The notes beneath the pieces are model-generated. The model was not told the DNA's origin, ran no database searches, and saw only the letters and a program-made list of their open reading frames with translations. A stretch of 63,822 nt of DNA, filler included, from an uncultured Methanosarcinales archaeon (lineage in GTDB: Archaea; Nanobdellota; Nanobdellia; Woesearchaeales; CAYSVS01): the NCBI GenBank assembly GCA_964434475.1. It is 10 parts of 10 records of this genome, joined end to end, with 100 filler letters (N's around TTAATTAATTAA, not from the genome) between each part and the next. Parts side by side here need not be neighbours in the genome. Positions count along the whole stretch, not along the records: positions 29,290 to 36,100 come from CAYSVS010000064.1; positions 36,201 to 42,659 come from CAYSVS010000066.1; 8 more parts are not named here. One strand, written 5' to 3'. Shown here one piece after another: positions 30,919 to 40,309 of the stretch (positions are counted from its first letter, which is position 1; each line of letters opens with the position of its first letter). The position numbers and the translations under genes were made by a program.

Positions 30919-32922
30919 ATGAAAGCCAACATAGGCAAAAATATAAAAGACAATTCTAAGTTTGAGTTCAAGCTAAAGAATCTTGTCAAGCATTTTGTCG
31001 CTTTCGGCGGAAGCGGAAGCGGAAAAACAGTACTTAGCAAAGTAATGATAGAAGAAGCTGCGCTTAACGGAGTACCGTCTATATTGATAGATCCGCAAGG
31101 CGACTTATCAAGTTTGGCTGTTCCAGAGAATGAAAAATTTGAAGGAATGAATGTTGCTATATTTACACCAGCAAGCTCTAAAGGCATACCTATGTGCATC
31201 AATCCTTTAAGGATGCCAGAAGGGAAAGTAGACAAGGAAGAGCTGATAAACATATTCCATCAGACAGCAAATTCTATAGCATCATTGATAGGATATGATC
31301 TTGACAAGGATAAAGGAAAGCATGCACAGGCAATACTGTACTACACTCTCCATTACTGCTATCAGAACAAAATAAAATTAAATAATTTCAATGAACTTAT
31401 TAACATATTGTCTGAACCAGATGATGCATTGATTGATGAAGCAGATGGTTTTATAGATGAAGGAAGTAAACAAAAAAAACTTCTGAATAAACTAAAATTT
31501 TTGACTGTTGGTGAAAAAGACCTATTATTCAATCATGGAGTTCCTCTAGATATAGGAAATATCCTCAACAAAAACACAATAAACATAATTTACCTTAATT
31601 CCTTGTCCACAAAAAAAGATAAGGAATTCTTTATCTCTATGCTTGCTCTGCAATTATATGAATGGATGCTAAAAAATCCAAGCATGAGTCTGCAGGCATT
31701 GTTCTATATAGACGAGATTGCAGAATACATGCCAGCAGGAGCAAAAAAGCCAGTAACAAAAGACATATTAAAATTGATATACAAACAAGCAAGAAAATAT
31801 GGGCTTGGATGTATGGTAAGCACACAGAATCCAGGAGACATAGATTATAAGGCATTGGCCCAGTTTGGTACATGGGCAATAGGAAGATTGACGACAAAAC
31901 AAGACAGGGAAAAGGTCAAGGATGCTATGAAGTCATTGGCAGGAAACAAGATAGAAAATCTGATACTGAAGATGCCAAAACTCAAACCAGGAGAATTCTT
32001 GTTCTTTTGTCCGGATGAGTTTGATGAAATACAAGAGATAAAATCAAGATGGCTTTATACTATACATGAAACATTGACAGAACATAAGGTAAAGGAGCTT
32101 ATGAAAGAAAAGAAAAAAGAGTTTTCAAAGTACATCAAGGACGAAAAATTAGAAAGGTTTGATGATCAAGTCAAAAGAACAAAAGAAGATAAAAAAGGAA
32201 AATCAAATAATCTGCTGCATTGGAAAATAGTGGTCAAAGAAGACGAATTAGATGACATAATAAAAAGAAAAAAGAAAAAATCGTTCTTGTTCTTCGGACC
32301 TGAAAAAGAAAGTTTGGTCCACAAAGAATTGCTATTACGGCCTATGTATAGGATGATAGTCGAATCAAAAAGTCTGCTCAAAAAAGAAAAAGAAATATAT
32401 ATAGATGCTGTTGACGGAAACATAGTATCCTTTAATGGAGAATTCTTCACTATACTGAAAGGCGCAAACAGACTTATGGGATTGAATGACACAGAACTTG
32501 CAGTGATGAAACTACTGAGCAAAAGCAGAAAAGGAATGACCAACAAAGAGATATCAAAAGCGTTAAGATTGACCGGAAATTATGTCAATAAAGTAATGAA
32601 TGATCTAATGAAAGATAAATTAATCGCTTATTCGGGCAAAAAAGACAACTCATATGTATGGCAAAAAAATATAGAGATAAGTTTCAACACAAGCACAAGC
32701 AAAGCATCTTCAAGATATACTGAAATTAATTCAGGAAGAATAAAAGGAAAAAGAATAAAAGATAAGATTGAAATGAAAGGTGCAAAGCATTTCGTCAAAT
32801 ACTGGTTTGATGTCGATATAAAAGAGAGCCAAACAGCGTATTATCCTGCATACCAGGTAACATTTTCAGGAAAAAAAGAAAGAATAATCTACATAAGTGC
32901 AGTGAACGGAAAAGAATTATAA
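30919..32922 (+). CDS. HerA/FtsK-superfamily ATPase (DUF87/DUF853-like) with C-terminal winged HTH
   Basis: HFVAFGGSGSGKT, IDPQGDL, YIDE, QARKYGLG, STQNPGDID; C-terminal GMTNKEISKALRL...L..DKLI. Confidence 0.8.
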   Translation: MKANIGKNIKDNSKFEFKLKNLVKHFVAFGGSGSGKTVLSKVMIEEAALNGVPSILIDPQGDLSSLAVPENEKFEGMNVAIFTPASSKGIPMCINPLRMPEGKVDKEELINIFHQTANSIASLIGYDLDKDKGKHAQAILYYTLHYCYQNKIKLNNFNELINILSEPDDALIDEADGFIDEGSKQKKLLNKLKFLTVGEKDLLFNHGVPLDIGNILNKNTINIIYLNSLSTKKDKEFFISMLALQLYEWMLKNPSMSLQALFYIDEIAEYMPAGAKKPVTKDILKLIYKQARKYGLGCMVSTQNPGDIDYKALAQFGTWAIGRLTTKQDREKVKDAMKSLAGNKIENLILKMPKLKPGEFLFFCPDEFDEIQEIKSRWLYTIHETLTEHKVKELMKEKKKEFSKYIKDEKLERFDDQVKRTKEDKKGKSNNLLHWKIVVKEDELDDIIKRKKKKSFLFFGPEKESLVHKELLLRPMYRMIVESKSLLKKEKEIYIDAVDGNIVSFNGEFFTILKGANRLMGLNDTELAVMKLLSKSRKGMTNKEISKALRLTGNYVNKVMNDLMKDKLIAYSGKKDNSYVWQKNIEISFNTSTSKASSRYTEINSGRIKGKRIKDKIEMKGAKHFVKYWFDVDIKESQTAYYPAYQVTFSGKKERIIYISAVNGKEL

Positions 32923-33009
32923 TTGAGCTATATAACCTAGAAGCGAAAAATATTTAAATACAGTATAAAGTCTAATTCTCATATATTATTTGGTTAAAGA
33001 GGGAAATTT

Positions 33010-33642
33010 ATGATAGGATTTGTTAAGAGATTTATCAATAAAGTATTAAAAAATATCTTCAGAAAGAAGAAACACGTTAAGTTAGGTCTATATGGACCTC
33101 CGAATGGAGGAAAAACCACATTAGCCAATAGGATATGTGAAGACTGGCTTGGAGAAAAGATGGGTAATGTTTCAAGCATGGCTCACGAGACAAGAGAAAT
33201 ACAAATAAAAGAACAGATAAACATAAGATCAAAAGGCAAAGAACTCTCATTCAATCTTGTAGATACTCCAGGCATAGCTACGAAAATAGATTATGAAGAT
33301 TTTATCAAGAAAGGTCTAAAGCAGGATGATGCAAAAAAAAGAGCAAAAGAAGCTACAAAAGGCATTATAGACGCAATCAAATGGCTTGATGATATGGACA
33401 TGGTCATAGTAGTACTTGATGCAACCAAAGATCCGTATTCCCAAGTTAATATAACCATAATAGGAAATCTACAAGCAAGAGACATACCTGTGTTGATTGT
33501 CGCAAACAAGGTTGACCTGAAAAAATCAAAATTAAAAAAAGTACAAGCCGCTTTCCCTCAATATGAAGTTGTAGGAATAAGTGCAAAGTACGGCAACAAT
33601 ATAGACGATTTTTATGAAGCATTATTTGCTTTAAGTAAATAA
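33010..33642 (+). CDS. oapA: Era-like GTPase OapA
   Basis: GPPNGGKTT, HETR, DTPG, ANKVD, ISA motifs; first gene of the conserved archaeal three-gene operon. Confidence 0.88.
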   Translation: MIGFVKRFINKVLKNIFRKKKHVKLGLYGPPNGGKTTLANRICEDWLGEKMGNVSSMAHETREIQIKEQINIRSKGKELSFNLVDTPGIATKIDYEDFIKKGLKQDDAKKRAKEATKGIIDAIKWLDDMDMVIVVLDATKDPYSQVNITIIGNLQARDIPVLIVANKVDLKKSKLKKVQAAFPQYEVVGISAKYGNNIDDFYEALFALSK

Positions 33643-33656
33643 AAAAGAGGTGCAAA

Positions 33657-34058
33657 ATGCTATCATTACAATTTATCCCATACAGCGAAATTCAACATCT
33701 TACATCAGTAGGAAGAATCAGAAAATTATTGAATTTAGCAAAACAGAACAATATAGTATTACTGCAGGGAAGGCTCAAGAAAGAAGAAGAAGCAGAACTG
33801 ATCAAGACCACGATGGAAGAAATCAACAAGCAATTTAAAGGCATAGAGCTGGCAGTCGTATATCCTGAAGGAAAGAATGAACAATTTTTCGAGAAACTTA
33901 AAAGAGGATTTCTTAATCTTATGGTCGGAGACAGATTGGGTTTTACGATAATAGGACCTGCCAACGTAGTCAAGGAGATAAAAAGAGATCCTAATAAGAT
34001 ACAGCTTTTGACCGAAGAAAAAACAAAAAAAAGAAAATCTAAAAGGAGAAAGACATAA
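33657..34058 (+). CDS. oapB: DUF2073 protein OapB
   Basis: RIRKLL, IVLLQGRL..EEE..LI..TM, F.GIE, G.TIIGPA. Confidence 0.85.
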   Translation: MLSLQFIPYSEIQHLTSVGRIRKLLNLAKQNNIVLLQGRLKKEEEAELIKTTMEEINKQFKGIELAVVYPEGKNEQFFEKLKRGFLNLMVGDRLGFTIIGPANVVKEIKRDPNKIQLLTEEKTKKRKSKRRKT

Positions 34059-34441
34059 TGCCGCACCAGTGCGTTAGATGCAACAAAATCTACGGAGATG
34101 GAGATTCAGCAGTATTGAAAGGGTGCAGCTGCGGAGCAAAACTTTTTTTCTACGTAAAAAAAGATAAGATAGAGAAAGCTCAGGAAGCTGCAAAAAAACT
34201 TACTGCAGAAGACAAACAAAAGATAGAGAAAGACGTTTACGAAATCATCGGAGACAATCCTGAAGCAGATGATCCGATAATTCTCGATTTTGAATCAATA
34301 AGCATATTAGAACCAGGAAAATTTCACATAGACCTTGTAAAACTTTTTAACAGAGACAAGAACGCACTAGTATATAAACTTGAAGACGGAAAATACATGA
34401 TAGATGTCGCTTCTACTATGGAAAATTTCAGAAAAAAATAA
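34058..34441 (+). CDS. oapC: Zn-ribbon protein OapC (DUF2072)
   Basis: MPHQCVRC...GC.CG.KLF.Y, ESI.I..PG.F.IDL, DG.Y.I. Confidence 0.88.
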   Translation: MPHQCVRCNKIYGDGDSAVLKGCSCGAKLFFYVKKDKIEKAQEAAKKLTAEDKQKIEKDVYEIIGDNPEADDPIILDFESISILEPGKFHIDLVKLFNRDKNALVYKLEDGKYMIDVASTMENFRKK

Positions 34442-34469
34442 GATTGAAAAAAAATAAATTAAACTTTTT

Positions 34470-35426
34470 CTACTCGTGATCCATGACCAATCTTGCTATA
34501 TTGCAGATTAATGTGCTCATATCTTTCAAGTTTGTGACTATCTGAGCAACTTCAGGACTAGAATTTGCCTTGAAAAATTCATCGCATTCATTTCCAAATT
34601 CTTTTCTGAAAGTGTTGATAGTATCTGCAAGACCTATATCCTTATTAAAATAAGCTTTCATAACATTAAGATAAGCCTCCTGCATCTGAGAATATAGTTT
34701 TTTTATCTCATCGTTAGAATTCCTCTTCAGAGAACCCATTATCTGACTCAGATTTTTAGCATGATCTGCCAAGTTCTCCAGATTAACAGACATATACCAA
34801 AAACTTAATGCCTGTACATTGTTGATTCCAAAAGAGGACGCTATATTCTTATCCTTTAATGCTCCTTTCAATATACGATACACCAAAAAATACTGTCTGT
34901 TTACATCATAATCCCTAAACACAATAGACTCATATAGATCTTTTCCGTCTAAAGCTGCGATTGAATCTTGCAATATGCTTCTTACGATCATATCCATCCT
35001 TCTTATTATCTTTTCGACAGAAACATCATTAATGTTCAAAAGATCGTTTGCAACTATCTTCGTGGATGTTTGTTCGCCTATCTCCAAAGCCACAAAATCA
35101 TGGAGCATCTTTCTTATGTCCTTTGCACTCTCATTAAGATTCTTTCCGATTATATTTATAGTGTTATAATTATTAATATATGCAGAAGTTATCTCTCTTT
35201 GGATAGTCTCTAGTCTTTTATTATCTATGTTTATAGTAATCTCACTAATCTCTTTCTTAGATTGTCCTGCTTTTGCAGTGACTATCAACTCATTTTCAGG
35301 AGTTTCATCTATATATATAAGATCTCCTCGTTTTAATCTATTATCGTCAACCCACTTTTTAGGCAAAGAAACAGTATGCGATGCTTCACCTGATTTAACC
35401 AATCTTCTTATATGCACATTAACCAC
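34470..35426 (-). CDS. Archaeal phosphate uptake regulator (AbrB/SpoVT domain plus PhoU domains)
   Basis: RRLVKSG..S..VSLPKKW N-terminal domain; D.DVNR and LENLADHA PhoU repeats. Confidence 0.85.
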   Translation of the reverse strand: MVNVHIRRLVKSGEASHTVSLPKKWVDDNRLKRGDLIYIDETPENELIVTAKAGQSKKEISEITINIDNKRLETIQREITSAYINNYNTINIIGKNLNESAKDIRKMLHDFVALEIGEQTSTKIVANDLLNINDVSVEKIIRRMDMIVRSILQDSIAALDGKDLYESIVFRDYDVNRQYFLVYRILKGALKDKNIASSFGINNVQALSFWYMSVNLENLADHAKNLSQIMGSLKRNSNDEIKKLYSQMQEAYLNVMKAYFNKDIGLADTINTFRKEFGNECDEFFKANSSPEVAQIVTNLKDMSTLICNIARLVMDHE

Positions 35427-35644
35427 CTCAGTTTTTTAATTAGTTCTGATTTATTATAATAACCAAAGACTATTTTTTATTGATTTGTATATACAAAAGC
35501 ACATCATGTACATTAAGTATATAAACTTTTTCAAACATATAACCATTGTGTTCAAACAGAAATAAACCCCATTGGTGGTTTATAACTTGAATACCAAATC
35601 ATAGATACGAGAAATAAAAGAAATAAATCATTCACACACCACAA

Positions 35645-35965
35645 AAACTTGCTTAAAGCAAGCAAATCAGGAAGCATAATGGCTTACCTGACAGCAGATC
35701 AGCGAATTAGGATCTGCTTATATTTAATGGCTGGAAGGCCCGATGACAAGAAACAACCAAAATAAGACAAACAACTAGCAACTACGATCAGAGTAACATC
35801 CATAGAAGCAGAGCGCAAATCTACGGATGTTGAAGGCGATTGCTGAGCGTAAAAACAAAAAAAGCTAAATGCATTTGCCAACTCATAAAATACACTAAAA
35901 GACAAAATAGCAAAAAAAAGCGTAAACACCCTAATTCAGGGAATCTTTTTTGATTCCCAATTTTT
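35645..35965. ncRNA. Candidate structured non-coding RNA (family unassigned)
   Basis: Consecutive hairpins (35648-35662, 35667-35691, 35693-35718, 35795-35831) and a terminal hairpin 35939-35958 with T-run; no credible ORF. Confidence 0.35.
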
Positions 35966-36200
35966 TAATTTTTTTTCGCCAAAAAAATAATTCTATAAGT
36001 AATCTTAAAAAATCAAAAAAAATTGATAAAACTAAGGTTAAATTTGTAAAGAGAACTTTGCATAATTGCTGTTTAGCTTAGCTTTTTAGATTAATTGCAC
36101 NNNNNNNNNNNNNNNNNNNNNNNNNNNNNNNNNNNNNNNNNNNNTTAATTAATTAANNNNNNNNNNNNNNNNNNNNNNNNNNNNNNNNNNNNNNNNNNNN

Positions 36201-36292
36201 AGTGCAGCCATTGGAACAGCAATCAGTCCTGTTAAAAGGACAAGAACTAAACCAATTATAAATGCCCACTTACCAACTTGTTCTAGATCCAT
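36201..36292 (-). CDS. Small membrane protein, partial (5' part only)
   Basis: MDLEQVGKWAFIIGLVLVLLTGLIAVPMAA runs into the linker; GGGGGTG ribosome-binding site upstream. Confidence 0.6.
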
Positions 36293-36443
36293 TACATTTC
36301 ACCCCCCTTGTTTTAAATTACTATTTATATAAGAATAAAAGAATAATAAATATATAAAACTTTCTTTAAATACTTTGTATAAATTAACACTTCTTGCCTC
36401 TTCCGTTTTTTACTTTTTATAGAAACTTAAATTTAATTGTAAC

Positions 36444-36463
36444 TAACATCAGGATCCTTGTTA
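36444..36463. repeat. Miniature attC-like cassette junction TAACATCAGGATCCTTGTTA
   Basis: Identical copies at 37426, 55988 and 57439; variants at 56551, 60445 and, reversed, 50403 and 54751. Confidence 0.8.
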
Positions 36464-36654
36464 GTTGCGTCTTTTCTTAGAAAAGAAAAAGAATAGTGCA
36501 ACGATTCACAAGAAAATCCTATATTTTATGTATACCAAATTTTATAACTTTTTGAGTGTTTCACGAAGTGAAAAAATCCCTAAGAGTTATTTTCAAGGGC
36601 ATCTAAACAAAATAGAAAATGCGACACTCAAAGACAAACATTTTAGAGCAGAAC

Positions 36655-37350
36655 TTAAATTTCAAGAAGAAGTGCTTTATGATCAGAAATATTTAAACCC
36701 AAACATGAAAAAGATTTTAATTTAATTTTTTTTGGAATAAGGAAATAATCAAGACTGTATTTTGCAGGCGGATAAGAAATATATTTTTTTATCTGTCTTG
36801 AACAAACATATTCTTTATCTATTAAATTATAAATTATTTTAGGATCTCTTATGTTAAAATCTCCAATAATTAAAGGATTAATATTAAGTCTTTTAGCATA
36901 ACTTAAAGTTTCTTCAAGATGCAATTTACTAAATAAGTCATCTTGAGAATAATGAACTACTAAAATATTCTTTAAATTATTATCTTCGATTTTAATAGAC
37001 AAAATTCCTCTTGTATATTTATCATCAGGATGTTGCTTTAATTTTTTCTTTTTTACTTCTAGAACAGGTATGTTCGATAGTACTGCAATACCTTCGAAAC
37101 AATCAGGATTTTTTGGAGTTTTATTAACTTGATTAACGTCCATTGTTTTTCTAAAAACGCAATGTTTAAAACCTAAAATTTTGTTTAATTGTTTGGCTTG
37201 GTTATTTCCTTTAGAATTAAACCGTAAATCATCTCTTACTTCTTGAAATGTAACAATATCGGGATTATGTTTTTGAATGAACTTAATAATCTTTGATTTT
37301 CTTTTATCAAAATCATTATAATTCCATAAATTCAAATTTAAAATTTTCAT
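36655..37350 (-). CDS. Endonuclease/exonuclease/phosphatase (EEP) family protein; cassette cargo
   Basis: ILNLNLW, PDIVTFQEV, GIAVLS, IIGDFN, LDY, SDH. Confidence 0.9.
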   Translation of the reverse strand: MKILNLNLWNYNDFDKRKSKIIKFIQKHNPDIVTFQEVRDDLRFNSKGNNQAKQLNKILGFKHCVFRKTMDVNQVNKTPKNPDCFEGIAVLSNIPVLEVKKKKLKQHPDDKYTRGILSIKIEDNNLKNILVVHYSQDDLFSKLHLEETLSYAKRLNINPLIIGDFNIRDPKIIYNLIDKEYVCSRQIKKYISYPPAKYSLDYFLIPKKIKLKSFSCLGLNISDHKALLLEI

Positions 37351-37425
37351 AGTCTAACAACTATTTCAATTATTATTTAAGTTTTGCTTTTTATTTAAAA
37401 AATAGGACTCCTTATTTATTGTAAT

Positions 37426-37445
37426 TAACATCAGGATCCTTGTTA
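37426..37445. repeat. Miniature attC-like junction
   Basis: TAACATCAGGATCCTTGTTA exact copy. Confidence 0.8.
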
Positions 37446-37494
37446 TGTGGGGAGACTGCAAGTCGACCGACCAAAGGGACAGTTTGAAAACCAT

Positions 37495-37749
37495 TTACTT
37501 TTTCTTTTCAAAATTTATAAATGAAGCAACTAGTACGGATTCAATTGTTGTGATTAAGATTGCAAAAAAATCTGATGGTCCAGGAAGAAAAAAATCAAAT
37601 AATTTTACAGATCCATTTAGAAATGGACCTAAATCTTTAGGTAAACTAGAAAAGAAGATTTGTAAAATATATCCTATAAATAATAGGCTGAGAAATGAAA
37701 CTACGAATTTTATTATGATTTTTTTATGTTTTTTAAAATTAAGTTTCAT
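37495..37749 (-). CDS. Small two-TM hypothetical protein; cassette cargo (start re-assigned to ATG 37749)
   Basis: MKLNFKKHKK...; the longer ORF-track version runs through the attC-like site; TATA-like TTTATATA about 25 bp upstream. Confidence 0.6.
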   Translation of the reverse strand: MKLNFKKHKKIIIKFVVSFLSLLFIGYILQIFFSSLPKDLGPFLNGSVKLFDFFLPGPSDFFAILITTIESVLVASFINFEKKK

Positions 37750-37805
37750 ATTTGTGAATAGTAATGAGTTTATATAAATTTTTGGGAGGGTTTTCAAATT
37801 GCGTA

Positions 37806-37915
37806 TAACATCAGGATTTAGAGAAGTTTCGAACGAAGTGAGAAATTTGGGGAATAATCGGGAAATCGCTTGGCGATTTAGCGTAGCGACCGATTTTCCC
37901 TCTAAATCCTTGTTA
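37806..37915. repeat. Long (110-bp) attC-like site
   Basis: TAACATCAGGATTTAGAG ... CTCTAAATCCTTGTTA: same ends as the mini junctions, with an extended stem and internal hairpins. Confidence 0.75.
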
Positions 37916-38143
37916 GTTTCGTTTCCCATACGTAAGTGTGGGAAACCTGCGTCCGCAGAGTCGGGAAAGAGGGCGTTCTATCTAATGAGCGAATGCGATA
38001 CATCAAGAACAAGAATTAAAGGGGACAATTTTAATTTAGCAAAGCCAAAGGCTCTTTTAAAAACATATTTAGGAGTTCCAAAAAACTATTTGAATATTCT
38101 TTTAATTGCAGAAATTATTGCTTCAATTAATTCGGCAATCATT

Positions 38144-38905
38144 TTAATCTAATAATGCATTCAATTTTCCATAGAATTTTTGACATTCGCTAACTGAACC
38201 TGCCCAAGTTATAGCGTTGAAATTAAAACTTAGATCTTTTTTTCTTTTTCCTGTATCGTATACAATCTTCAATACTGATTTATGTGGTCTAAAACTTTGA
38301 CTATCTGTATCTCCACCTAAAAATCCCATAACTAAACCTCTTGCTAAACTAGGAGTGTATGAGTCATCAGTTATTTCAATATTTTCTATGTCTTCAAATT
38401 TAATTTCAAATTTTTCTTTATTAGCATTCTTAAAAATGACTTTTTTGTTAGCTATTGCTAACCAACCATTTGTTGGATCAGACACTTCTTTATGACCACC
38501 AAAAAAAGTTACTGAATTTTTAATAACTGCATTTGGAATTGAAACATCTTCTAGGGTTTTTCTATCTTTTCTAACTTGATCTGCTGCCCAAGATTGAATG
38601 TCTAATTTACATTTTTTACATTTATATGCTCCAAGTTGCCCACCACATTCAGGACATTTTCCATTTAATTTTGCTATAATACTAACATTTTTTGCTTTCC
38701 CAGCAACATCCCAAAAACCTAGTCGTTTACCCGTTTTTGATTTTTGTGTAGAACTTTCTTCATCTTTATCATCTGATTTTGGGCTTTTAACAAAACCAAT
38801 AATTCCCAAAGGTAAAGCAACTATGCCGATACCCATACCTAAAGTTAGAAATCCACCTATGGACAACCACCATTTATATTTTACACAAAAATCTATGAAT
38901 GTCAT
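38144..38905 (-). CDS. Membrane-anchored protein with Zn ribbon and possible PH-like domain; cassette cargo
   Basis: N-terminal TM, CPECG...CKKC, G.L.I.NKKVIF...I.FEDI..IEI pattern. Confidence 0.6.
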   Translation of the reverse strand: MTFIDFCVKYKWWLSIGGFLTLGMGIGIVALPLGIIGFVKSPKSDDKDEESSTQKSKTGKRLGFWDVAGKAKNVSIIAKLNGKCPECGGQLGAYKCKKCKLDIQSWAADQVRKDRKTLEDVSIPNAVIKNSVTFFGGHKEVSDPTNGWLAIANKKVIFKNANKEKFEIKFEDIENIEITDDSYTPSLARGLVMGFLGGDTDSQSFRPHKSVLKIVYDTGKRKKDLSFNFNAITWAGSVSECQKFYGKLNALLD

Positions 38906-38993
38906 TTAACTTATAAAAAGAATGAGTTATATTTAAATCTTTCGGTGTATATTCAGTGAAAAGGCAATATATAAATAGGGCATATTTAGTTCC

Positions 38994-39257
38994 ATGGATA
39001 AGTTAGGACTAATCTCATGGATTTTAAGAGGCTCACAGAGAAGAGTAATTTTTAAAGTAATTAAAGGAAAAATGATTCCAGCACAAATATATCAAGAAGC
39101 AAGAAAAATAAATGATAAAATTACTAGAAACAATGTAAGCGATATTTTAAGAGAAATGAGAGAACAAAAATTAGTTGAGTGCATAAATCCAAAGGAAACG
39201 AAAGGCAGAATATACCAATTAACTAAGAAAGGGCAGGAAATCAAGACAGAAATTTAA
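38994..39257 (+). CDS. Small archaeal winged-helix transcription regulator
   Basis: R..IFK, P.QI, NVSDILREM....LVECINP....GRIYQLT.KG. Confidence 0.8.
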   Translation: MDKLGLISWILRGSQRRVIFKVIKGKMIPAQIYQEARKINDKITRNNVSDILREMREQKLVECINPKETKGRIYQLTKKGQEIKTEI

Positions 39258-39292
39258 TTATTTTTAAATACTAGCGATATTTCTTTTAATCT

Positions 39293-40309
39293 ATGGATAA
39301 AAATAAATATTATGATGAAATTAAACAATTGCTAAATAAAGATTTAGACTTAAACAATAATATTAATAATCCATGGTTAGCATTTTTTAAAGATGATCAG
39401 TTTAATCTTCAAATATGCAATAACATAGTTAATTCTATTAAATATGTTAAAGAAAAAGATGAAGCTTTTTTTAATAAAATATTAAAACGTATTAATTCTA
39501 GTGACTATTGCGAAATATCATCAGCATTATCAGAAATAAGAGTTTTTTATTTTTTGCACAAAATTAATTTTAATGTAGAAACAAAAACTAATGAAAATGG
39601 AGCAAAACCCGAATATTATCTTGATAAAGATTATATAGTCGAAGTAAATGCACCAAATTATAGAAAAGAAGAATTAGTTTTATTAAATGATTTTAAGAGT
39701 AAAACTAATTCTCAATGTATAACTGAACATAGTACTACTCCATTTGGAAAAAAAGATAAGTTTACTGAGATTACTGCAAGTAATGTTATATCTAAAATTG
39801 CATCTATAAAAGGAAAAGAACATCAATTTTCAGATAATAAAAAGAATATTCTTTGGTTAGACTTTCAACATCCAATTTGGTGGTGCATAAATAATCCTGA
39901 GAGATCATTACCTTTTATTTCAAAGCAAGGAGGAATTTACTCAGGGGAATTTTGGTATTCTTTTTTTGGTTGGAAAGGAGCATTAATTTATGAAGGAAAA
40001 GTAGCAACTGTAATGGAACATCCAGGGAGATTTAATCAAAATAATACCAAGATTGATATGGTTATCATTTCATTACCCTCAAAAAATATCTTATTTCAAA
40101 ATCCAAATGGTAAAAAAATTGAAAATAGCTTTTTTGACAAAATCTTAGGTTTATCTTTTTTATCATTGGAATATTCTTGGGTGAATTATCCGTCTGAAGA
40201 TCTCAAAGAAAGATTATTACTTATATATGACCAGATTATGTCTTTTAATAGAGATTTATTTTATATTCCTAACTCTATTGAAAAAGATATAAAAGATTAT
40301 AATATTTAG
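39293..40309 (+). CDS. Hypothetical protein (possibly PD-(D/E)xK-like fold); cassette cargo
   Basis: 338-aa ORF; SE...KPE...VEV pattern only loosely resembles restriction-endonuclease folds. Confidence 0.5.
   Translation: MDKNKYYDEIKQLLNKDLDLNNNINNPWLAFFKDDQFNLQICNNIVNSIKYVKEKDEAFFNKILKRINSSDYCEISSALSEIRVFYFLHKINFNVETKTNENGAKPEYYLDKDYIVEVNAPNYRKEELVLLNDFKSKTNSQCITEHSTTPFGKKDKFTEITASNVISKIASIKGKEHQFSDNKKNILWLDFQHPIWWCINNPERSLPFISKQGGIYSGEFWYSFFGWKGALIYEGKVATVMEHPGRFNQNNTKIDMVIISLPSKNILFQNPNGKKIENSFFDKILGLSFLSLEYSWVNYPSEDLKERLLLIYDQIMSFNRDLFYIPNSIEKDIKDYNI

Noticed and set aside
35699..35929. 76-aa minus-strand ORF
   Set aside because: No recognisable motif or ribosome-binding site, and it overlaps the hairpin-rich region.
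36444..36463. Junction hairpins as simple terminators
   Set aside because: No T-tract, independent of gene orientation, 50-200 bp from gene ends, and accompanied by matched complementary cassette ends.
37750..38152. ORFs 37799-38152 (+), the 5' extension of 37495-37929, and similar short ORFs at 36465, 37445, 49015, 50318, 58501 and 58611
   Set aside because: They run through structured cassette arms or junctions and are probably spurious frames.
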